Shown: positions 8,733 to 15,910 of the stretch, piece by piece
Numbering within the stretch: position 1 is the stretch's first letter
Layout: every line of letters starts with the position of its first letter
Source of the DNA: Candidatus Latescibacterota bacterium
Lineage (GTDB): Bacteria > Latescibacterota > UBA2968 > GCA-2709665
NCBI GenBank assembly: GCA_965208835.1
Contig: OZ242358.1
Location: 4,128,001-4,192,000 of the forward strand
DNA length: 64,000 nt
Direction of reading: 5' to 3'
Made by a program: the position numbers and the translations under genes
Notes under the pieces: generated by a model
Database searches by the model: none
What the model saw: only the letters and a program-made list of their open reading frames with translations
Told to the model about the DNA's origin: nothing

Positions 8733-9920
8733 ATGAAAATCCTCGTCGCCAACGTTGGCAGTACGTCATTCAAGTACAAACTATTCGAGATGACGGACGA
8801 GACAGTGCTCGCAGAGGGGCGCCTCGAGCGTATCGGCGACGAGCGATGTCCCGTTCAGCATCGCATCGGCCGCTCGGAAACCCAATCCACCTGCGCGCTT
8901 CCCGATTATCCTTCTGCGATCCGTAACGTAATGGAAGCTCTCGGCAGCGTGGTTGGCAGCCGGGGGGCCTCCGACCTGGACGCCGTGGGATTCAAGACCG
9001 TCCACCTGCGTGGAGAACCCGGGACGTACCTGCTGGACGACGGAATTCTCGAGCGCATGGCCGACTACAACGATCTCGCGCCCGCCCACAACCCGCCGTA
9101 CATACAGGCTGTCCGGATCTTTCACGCGCTCTACCCCAACCTGCCGCTGGTCGGGCTGTTCGAACCGGCCTTCCACACCACCATTCCCGATTACGCGTAC
9201 ACCTACAGTGTTCCCTTTGCCTGGTACGAGACTCACGGTGTGCGCAAATACGGCTTCCACGGCGCCTCACACCGCTACGTCTCGGAACGGGTGCCAGTGC
9301 TCCTCGCACGACCGGTCGAAGGGCTGAACCTGATTTCCTGCCACCTGGGCGGAAGTGCGTCTCTGTGCGCGGTCAAAGACGGAAGGTCTATCGACACCAC
9401 GATGGGATTCTCCGCCCAGGACGGTATCATCCACGGCAAACGAAACGGCGCTATCGACCCCTTCATCATTCCGTTCATAATGGATCGCGAAGGCCTCTCT
9501 ACGGACGAAGTCCGACGCATTCTCACCACGGAAAGCGGCCTGGCCGGCATTTCCGGCCTCAGCGGTGACGTCCGCGACCTCGAATCGGCCGCCGACGCCG
9601 GCAACCGTCGGGCCAGACTGGCCATCGAGACGTTCTGCTACGGCGTGAAGACTTCCATCGGCGCGATGGCTGCCGCGCTTGGCGGTGTCGACGCGCTGGC
9701 CTTTGCGGGAGGCATCGGCGAACGCGGCGTTAACGTTCGGCGGCGCATCTGCCGTGGTCTGAAATTTCTGGGAATTGAGCTGGACCCGGAAAGGAACCGC
9801 TCAGGGCCTCCTGAGCGGCTGGTCTCCGCTTCCGAAAGCGCCGTAAAAATCGCGATTGTGACCACCAACGAAGAAATCATCGTGGCCCGGGAGACCGCGG
9901 CCTTCCTGACAGCTGAATAA
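8733..9920 (+). CDS. ackA: Acetate/propionate family kinase (BMC-associated variant)
   Basis: ILVANVGSTSFK, LAPAHNP, YGFHGASH, HLGGSAS, AFAGGIGE, TNEE. Confidence 0.9.
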   Translation: MKILVANVGSTSFKYKLFEMTDETVLAEGRLERIGDERCPVQHRIGRSETQSTCALPDYPSAIRNVMEALGSVVGSRGASDLDAVGFKTVHLRGEPGTYLLDDGILERMADYNDLAPAHNPPYIQAVRIFHALYPNLPLVGLFEPAFHTTIPDYAYTYSVPFAWYETHGVRKYGFHGASHRYVSERVPVLLARPVEGLNLISCHLGGSASLCAVKDGRSIDTTMGFSAQDGIIHGKRNGAIDPFIIPFIMDREGLSTDEVRRILTTESGLAGISGLSGDVRDLESAADAGNRRARLAIETFCYGVKTSIGAMAAALGGVDALAFAGGIGERGVNVRRRICRGLKFLGIELDPERNRSGPPERLVSASESAVKIAIVTTNEEIIVARETAAFLTAE

Positions 9921-10000
9921 AAAAGCCCATCCGGGCTGCGGCCGGCCCCTGCGGCCGCAATGCTATGTTACCTGCCTGCTGAGCCAATTCTTCTACGGAC
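9910..10000. mobile_element. Degenerate MITE family C copy overlapping the ackA stop
   Basis: AAAAAGCCCATCCGGGCTGCGGCCGGCCCCTGCGG...TTCTACGGAC matches family C. Confidence 0.55.
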
Positions 10001-10039
10001 GACGATGCCGTCCGTGGCAGCGTACGGATCCTCGAACCC

Positions 10040-11464
10040 ATGAATTTCCTTTTCATCGCGCTATTTCTCCTGCTCGCGAACCCGCTGCCCGGGTTCGATC
10101 GGGAACTCTGGACCGCCTTCCCCAATATGAACTCGGTTACAGCCCTGGCCGAGGGCAGCCAGTACATCTACGTGGGTACCGAGCAGGGCATCCGGCGTTA
10201 CGACATCTACGGCGAACGCTGGCACAGGCCGCTGACAGTCCTTGACGGCCTGCCGGACAATCGCATTCGCGCCATTGCCTACGACGCCAGTACCGGCGAA
10301 CTCTGGATGGACACGCCGTCGGGTGCGGCCCGCTGGCTCACACGGCTGGAAACCGTTTCCTATTTCGGCGATGACCCGCCCCCGCGCCGTCCGCCGGCGC
10401 CGATTCCGCCTGTCTATATGCCCTTCGGCTTCTTCATTGAGGGCGGATGGATCCGGGGTCCGCGAAGGAGCTATCCCATCACGGCGACGCTGATGGACAC
10501 CTGGCACACGCTGTGGATCGGCACCGGCGGACTGGGAATCGCCAAGGCAAAAATGACGGACCGGCAAGTCGAATTCCACGCTTTCGGGCCTCTCGACGAG
10601 AATATCACTGCCATGGCGAGAGACGGAGACAGCATCTGGTTCGGAGGCAGAGGCCTCTACGGCATAAGGGAACAGGCAATAACGCGGTACCATCTCTCAA
10701 CACAACTGTGGGAATACTTCGAGCCGGAGCACATCATGGGTCTCGATGAGGCACGTATTTCCGCCATTCTTCCCGATAGCGCCACGGTCTGGTTCGGCGC
10801 CTGGAACGGCCTCATCCGATACGTGCGACACTCCGGTCAGTGGATAACCTATCGTTTGACCGGCCGGCGCGAGGTCACCGCCCTGGCCAGAGCGGGATCC
10901 CGGGTCTGGATCGGCACCCAGGCCGGACTGGCCGTGTTTGATACACAGGCGGACACGATCCGCTGGGTCGGCGGCAGCGAAAGCTTCACCATTCATGCCA
11001 TGGCCGCCGGCGCCGGCTACATCTGGGCAGGCACACATCTGGGTCTGTTTCGCTGTCCCGTTGACGACGTGAACTGGACGCCCGTCCGGAGCCCCGGAGG
11101 ACTCACGTCCCGTCCCATCAACGGGCTGGCCACCTGCAGGAACCACGTGTGGGCAACGGTTGAGTCGCCGTCAGCGCTCATTCATCTGGCCGCGCCAGAC
11201 TCGGCATGGCGACGATTCGCTCTCGCCGAGATACACGGCGACCGTCACGTGTCGATTGCGGCCGATACCAGCCACGTCTGGCTTGCCACCGACCTTGGCG
11301 CGTTCCGCTTCGATATTTCCACGAAACTCTGGAAGCGCTACACGCAGTCCAGCGGCCTGATCGATGACCGTACGCAGGCCGTGCTGCTTCAGGACGACTA
11401 CGTCTGGTTCGGCACGGAAAAAGGCGCGAGCCGTTACGATTGGTCGCAGGACTTTTTTCGATAA
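10040..11464 (+). CDS. Secreted beta-propeller protein (two-component-regulator-propeller-like repeats)
   Basis: Signal peptide; repeated (I/L/V)W(I/F)GT..GL blades; GLPDNRIRAI. Confidence 0.75.
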   Translation: MNFLFIALFLLLANPLPGFDRELWTAFPNMNSVTALAEGSQYIYVGTEQGIRRYDIYGERWHRPLTVLDGLPDNRIRAIAYDASTGELWMDTPSGAARWLTRLETVSYFGDDPPPRRPPAPIPPVYMPFGFFIEGGWIRGPRRSYPITATLMDTWHTLWIGTGGLGIAKAKMTDRQVEFHAFGPLDENITAMARDGDSIWFGGRGLYGIREQAITRYHLSTQLWEYFEPEHIMGLDEARISAILPDSATVWFGAWNGLIRYVRHSGQWITYRLTGRREVTALARAGSRVWIGTQAGLAVFDTQADTIRWVGGSESFTIHAMAAGAGYIWAGTHLGLFRCPVDDVNWTPVRSPGGLTSRPINGLATCRNHVWATVESPSALIHLAAPDSAWRRFALAEIHGDRHVSIAADTSHVWLATDLGAFRFDISTKLWKRYTQSSGLIDDRTQAVLLQDDYVWFGTEKGASRYDWSQDFFR

Positions 11465-11581
11465 CGTATTGTTTTCCATTTATTAAGTGTCAACTTCCCT
11501 TGGTCGCGAACGAAAAAAAACGTGACACAAACCGACATTTTCCTTATCTTTAGGTTTGGCACATTACGTTACTTAGCGGCA

Positions 11582-11745
11582 GTGTTCTGTCCCAGAAATA
11601 GGTTGCCTTTAATTCGGCAGTCGAGTCGCCCGGTTCGCAAGGCGCCAGCGCGCAGGCGACCTGTGTAAGGTCGGCGAGCGAAGGTAACGCCGCGAGACGG
11701 GTTGAATCGGTGGCCGAATGGTGAGATATTTATGGGACAGAACAC
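11582..11745. mobile_element. MITE family B, copy 1 (IS630-like ends)
   Basis: TIR GTGTTCTGTCCC / GGGACAGAACAC; body matches 24683-24845 and 28995-29180. Confidence 0.85.
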
Positions 11746-11801
11746 CGATACGTAATCGAATGGTCCTGATGATCTTTCCCCTATTTCATCTGCTAAGTTG
11801 A

Positions 11802-11858
11802 ACGACAGCGGCCACTCCGGGCGCCACCGTGCGCCCGGAGTGGCCGCTGTCGTGTTTT
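11802..11858 (+). terminator. Perfect 23-bp hairpin with a short T tract, just upstream of the BMC gene
   Basis: ACGACAGCGGCCACTCCGGGCGC-caccgt-GCGCCCGGAGTGGCCGCTGTCGT-GTTTT. Confidence 0.55.
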
Positions 11859-11883
11859 CGCATTTCCCGCTCCGGATCCCGAT

Positions 11884-12333
11884 ATGGCCAAAAGCGCGTT
11901 AGGTCTTATTGAAACTCGTGGATTTACCGGCGTCGTTGAAGCGGCAGACGCGGCCGTGAAGGCAGCCGCGGTCGAACTTGCGGCTGTCGAAAAGATAGAT
12001 GGAGGCCTCGTTTCCATTCGAATCCTGGGAGACGTTGGGGCCGTACAGGCCGCTGTCCAGGCGGCCGCCGAGGCTGCAGAACGGGTCGGCCAGCTGGTAT
12101 CCCGACACGTGATTCCGAATCCCCATGACGATCTGGTGGACGTGTTCGAACTGAACGGTCCCCAGACCCCATCTCCGGAAAATCCGGATGTCAGCGGTCT
12201 CTCGGTCTTACAGCTCCGACGGCTGGCAAGACAGACACCCGGTCTGCCCATAAAGGGTCGCGAGATCTCTCGCGCCACCCGCCAACAATTGATCCAGGCG
12301 CTCCTCAGCGCGGATGCCAACATCGACACCTAA
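11884..12333 (+). CDS. BMC-H shell protein with a C-terminal helix-extension-helix (Rho-N-like) domain
   Basis: ALGLIETRG, DAAVKAA, GDVGAV, HVIPNPH; tail SVLQLRRLARQ...REISRATRQQLIQAL. Confidence 0.88.
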   Translation: MAKSALGLIETRGFTGVVEAADAAVKAAAVELAAVEKIDGGLVSIRILGDVGAVQAAVQAAAEAAERVGQLVSRHVIPNPHDDLVDVFELNGPQTPSPENPDVSGLSVLQLRRLARQTPGLPIKGREISRATRQQLIQALLSADANIDT

Positions 12334-12350
12334 TGTCGAAGGAGTCCCGG

Positions 12351-12695
12351 ATGGATAAAGACACGCTTTGGGAACGCATCAAGAGAGGGATCATCGACAG
12401 TGCCGCAACAGCGGCCCACAAGGCCGAACACCTGGGGAAAATCGGACGCGCCAGGCTTGATATTGCGGGAACCCGCCATGCCATACACGAAGCATTCGCG
12501 GAGTTGGGCGGTACGGTCTACACGCACCTGTCCGAGGGCGGCGAAAGTGACGTTTCCCAGGCAGTCGACGTACAGGATCTGGTGCGGAGAATCAACGAAC
12601 TTGAGAATCTTCTGCAAGAACGGGAAGCACTTCTGAAGAATCTGAAAGCCGGCAACAACCAGGAAGAGGAGAAGACCGCAGAGACGGAGACATAG
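12351..12695 (+). CDS. Hypothetical coiled-coil protein
   Basis: AAGGAG SD before the ATG at 12351 (alternative start 12333); helical; lies in the operon between the BMC gene and degP. Confidence 0.7.
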   Translation: MDKDTLWERIKRGIIDSAATAAHKAEHLGKIGRARLDIAGTRHAIHEAFAELGGTVYTHLSEGGESDVSQAVDVQDLVRRINELENLLQEREALLKNLKAGNNQEEEKTAETET

Positions 12696-12702
12696 TTTCG
12701 GC

Positions 12703-14085
12703 ATGACACCCCAACCCGCGCGGGTTTGCCAGATTGTCTTCTTTGCAGTCCTCTTCCTGTTGCGGTTCCAGACCGCATGGGCCGACAGTCCCGTACGGTC
12801 GTTCGCAAACGTCGTCAGGCTGGTAAGGCCGGCCGTTGTCAGCATTTCGGCCAACAGTTCCTACGGCCGTGAGTTCTTTCGGTCGGGGATGCGCCGGGGT
12901 CCGTCAGCGTTGCGTTACGGATCGGGTTTTGTCCTGGACGCGACCGGACATGTCCTGACCAGCAACCACGTGATAGAAGGCGCAATCGGAATTCAGGTCG
13001 GGTTTTCCGACGGTACAGAATATGCCGCTGAAATCGTCGGGCAGGATCCCGACACCGACCTGGCGCTTTTGCGCCTTCATTCAAGAGTTCCGATCGATCG
13101 TTCGCGCATAGCCCGTCTGGGCAATTCAGATTCAGTACAGGTCGGTGACTGGGTGATGGCCGTAGGCAGTCCTTTCGGCTTTCATCATACTGTCAGCGTC
13201 GGTGTGATCAGCGGCAAGGGACGGCATCTGGAGCGAATTCAGGGCGACATTTCTACGCCGCCTTTTCAGGATTTTCTGCAGACGGACGCGTCCATCAATC
13301 CCGGCAACAGCGGCGGGCCCCTGGTCAATAGCGCCGGGCGGGTCGTGGGCGTGAACACCGCTTACAATCCCGTGGGATCCGGCATCGGGTTCGCCATTCC
13401 GATCGACGTTGCCGGAAGGGTTGCGGCGGAACTCCGAAAACATGGGGAGGTTGTCCGCGGTTACCTCGGTATCCGTCCCCAGGACCTGACTCCCGATCTT
13501 GCGGTCGCGCTGGATCTGCAGTCGACTTCGGGCATACTGATCGGGGAAGTTCAGGCGGACAGCCCGGCGGGGCGCGGCGGCCTCAAGCGTGGCGACGTCA
13601 TCAGGACGCTTGACGCCAGCCCTATCACGAATGCCCAGAATTTTCTCAACCGGATTACACGGTACCGTCCGGGGGAATCCATTGCGCTTGTTGTCCTTCG
13701 GGACGGGAGACCGCTCAGGATCTCCTGCACGCTAGGCCGGAGGCAGAAACAGTCTCGGCCCCCGAACGGAGTCAGATCCAACAGTTCGAATTGGCCCGGG
13801 CTTGAGGTCAAGAATCGCTCAGATTGGGAAAGCGGCCGCCTGCAGGTTTCCAGATTCGGACCCGGAGTCGTGGTACATTACGTCGCGCCCGGAAGTCCGG
13901 CGGAAAAAAAACAAATCGAACGCGGCGATGCGATCCTTGAAATCGACGGCGTTGCCATCTCAAACGTCCGGGACTATCACAAGATGGTTGAAGAGATCAA
14001 GAGGGCTGTAAGGCCCGGTTTGTTCCTGATCCTGAAAAAGGACGACGGCAACACGCGATTCGTTGCCCTCCGACCGGGGCGCTGA
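12703..14085 (+). CDS. degP: HtrA/DegP (Do family) serine protease with two PDZ domains
   Basis: TSNHV, DTDLA and GNSGGP catalytic-triad motifs; signal peptide; two PDZ-like segments. Confidence 0.9.
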   Translation: MTPQPARVCQIVFFAVLFLLRFQTAWADSPVRSFANVVRLVRPAVVSISANSSYGREFFRSGMRRGPSALRYGSGFVLDATGHVLTSNHVIEGAIGIQVGFSDGTEYAAEIVGQDPDTDLALLRLHSRVPIDRSRIARLGNSDSVQVGDWVMAVGSPFGFHHTVSVGVISGKGRHLERIQGDISTPPFQDFLQTDASINPGNSGGPLVNSAGRVVGVNTAYNPVGSGIGFAIPIDVAGRVAAELRKHGEVVRGYLGIRPQDLTPDLAVALDLQSTSGILIGEVQADSPAGRGGLKRGDVIRTLDASPITNAQNFLNRITRYRPGESIALVVLRDGRPLRISCTLGRRQKQSRPPNGVRSNSSNWPGLEVKNRSDWESGRLQVSRFGPGVVVHYVAPGSPAEKKQIERGDAILEIDGVAISNVRDYHKMVEEIKRAVRPGLFLILKKDDGNTRFVALRPGR

Positions 14086-14095
14086 ACCCTCTTCA

Positions 14096-14305
14096 GAAGG
14101 TGTCATAAAATTCCCTGCGGTCTTCGCGCGGCTGCAACAGCGCCGGTCAGCGTTGGTCAAACCCACCCGTCTTACGAGATCGAGGCTGCGCTTGCTCGCC
14201 TCTCATAGGCGGTTTTTCCCGTCGGCGCTACGCGCCCCTCGCGCCCCATAACCGCAACTTTTTCGCTCGCGCTCGGGAACTCACCGGTAATTTTAAAACA
14301 CCTTC
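14096..14305. mobile_element. MITE family A, copy 3 (TCA target duplication)
   Basis: GAAGGTGTCATAAAATT...AATTTTAAAACACCTTC with TCA on both sides. Confidence 0.85.
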
Positions 14306-14340
14306 TCAGTCATCTGCTGAAGAACGTCCGACAGTCTGAA

Positions 14341-14359
14341 AGGAGGCAATCTTATGTAG
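14341..14359 (+). promoter_or_regulatory. Strong SD followed by a start-stop mini-ORF (ATG TAG) upstream of rpoD
   Basis: AGGAGG-caatctt-ATG-TAG. Confidence 0.5.
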
Positions 14360-14532
14360 CGCTCACCTGTCTACAGGACCGACATCAGCATCAGCAAGGT
14401 TCACTACGACAGTCTTAATCCCCTTCGAGAAGCTCAGTCGTTTCTCCCGAACTGATCTTCTCGGCTCACAGTCCGGCTCCGAAACCCCGGCCAACTGAAC
14501 CGACCTTCCCCGGTGCAAAGAAAGGCTGACGA

Positions 14533-15390
14533 GTGTCTAAGCTAGCTAAAAGGCCGTACGCGCGCGAAGATGAATCCCTGGATCAGTACCTTCAAGAGAT
14601 CGGAGAAGTCGACCTTCTCACGGCAGATGAAGAGATCGCCCTCGCCAAGCGAATCAAGAAGGGCGACCAGGATGCCCTCGAGAAGCTGACCAAAGCAAAC
14701 CTGAGATTCGTAGTAAGCGTGGCCAAACAATACCAGAACCAGGGTCTCTCGATGGGAGACCTGATCAACGAAGGAAATCTGGGACTTATAAAGGCGGCCA
14801 AACGCTTCGACGAGACAAAGGGCTTCAAGTTTATTTCCTATGCTGTATGGTGGATCAGGCAGGCCATCCTTCAAGCCCTTGCCGAACAGTCCAGAATCGT
14901 ACGGCTGCCCCTGAACAGGGTGGGCGCCCTGCACAAAATCGGCAAGGCATCCAGCGGGCTGGAGCAGGAATTCGGGCGGGAGCCCAGCCCCAGCGAAATT
15001 GCCGATGAACTTGAAATGAGCGACTATGAGGTGATGGATACACTCAAGATCTCGAGCCGGCACCTTTCGCTTGACGCCCCGTTCAGCGAAAGCGAAGACA
15101 ACAGTCTGCTGGACATTCTCGAAGATCAACTGCAACCACCTCCCGATGAATCGCTCATAGACGACTCGCTTCACCGCGAAGTCGAGAAGGCGCTGGCAAC
15201 CCTCACGCCACGGGAAGCCGAAGTGATCAGTCTCTACTTCGGCATCAACAGGGAACACCCGCTTACACTGGAAGAAATCGGCGAACGATTCGGATTGACC
15301 CGGGAGCGGGTACGCCAGATCAAGGAAAAGGCCATCCACAGGCTGCGCCACAACTCCCGAAGCCGCCCGCTCAAGGCATATCTTCATTGA
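14533..15390 (+). CDS. rpoD: RNA polymerase sigma factor RpoD/SigA, short FCB type lacking region 1.1
   Basis: [37 protein letters not shown]...TRERVRQI. Confidence 0.92.
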   Translation: MSKLAKRPYAREDESLDQYLQEIGEVDLLTADEEIALAKRIKKGDQDALEKLTKANLRFVVSVAKQYQNQGLSMGDLINEGNLGLIKAAKRFDETKGFKFISYAVWWIRQAILQALAEQSRIVRLPLNRVGALHKIGKASSGLEQEFGREPSPSEIADELEMSDYEVMDTLKISSRHLSLDAPFSESEDNSLLDILEDQLQPPPDESLIDDSLHREVEKALATLTPREAEVISLYFGINREHPLTLEEIGERFGLTRERVRQIKEKAIHRLRHNSRSRPLKAYLH

Positions 15391-15406
15391 AGACGACATG
15401 CCTCCG

Positions 15407-15446
15407 AAGCCACAGCCAGCACCGCGCGCTGGCTGTGGCTTTTTTT
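15407..15446 (+). terminator. Rho-independent terminator of rpoD
   Basis: AAGCCACAGCCAGC-loop-GCTGGCTGTGGC followed by a T run. Confidence 0.85.
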
Positions 15447-15479
15447 CTCTGCGGCCGACCCGGTCTCGCCTGCTCTCGC

Positions 15480-15508
15480 TTGACGGAATCACGTGAAACA
15501 TATAGATT
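15480..15508 (+). promoter_or_regulatory. Putative sigma70 promoter
   Basis: TTGACG-N17-TAGATT upstream of the ORF at 15571. Confidence 0.45.
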
Positions 15509-15570
15509 GGTGGAACTTACAGCCCTCCTCGACCGTTCAACGTCCACATTCACCGAAAGGATTCACCCCC

Positions 15571-15822
15571 ATGTCGAACAGTAAATCCCTGAAGTCGCTG
15601 CTGGCTGTCGTCGCGTTCCTGCTGATTGCCAACCTGGTCCGGCCGCTGTGGTCTCCCGGCACGGCCCATGCACAGAGTGAGGAGGCGGGCTCCAGTGTTG
15701 CCATCACCGGCGCGGGTCAGAGCGCCTGGATACTGAAGGACGGCAACGTCTACTACGCTATCTACGAAAAGCAGTACGAGTCCATCCGCATCTACGGTCC
15801 CGAAGAACTGCCCGAAGAGTGA
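15571..15822 (+). CDS. Small secreted hypothetical protein
   Basis: AAAGGA SD; signal peptide ending AHA; 83 aa. Confidence 0.65.
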   Translation: MSNSKSLKSLLAVVAFLLIANLVRPLWSPGTAHAQSEEAGSSVAITGAGQSAWILKDGNVYYAIYEKQYESIRIYGPEELPEE

Positions 15823-15910
15823 TCGCCACCATGGGTCGTCATTCGGTATTACCGAAGAGCCGGTATTCTCGCCCGCGAATCTCCGCCGGTCTGCATAGCC
15901 TGAGGCATCC

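Noticed and set aside
14354-14455. Pyrrolysine or amber read-through of the ATG-TAG mini-ORF
   Set aside because: No pyl genes in the window; TAG is a normal stop in many genes here; the product is short and out of frame with rpoD.
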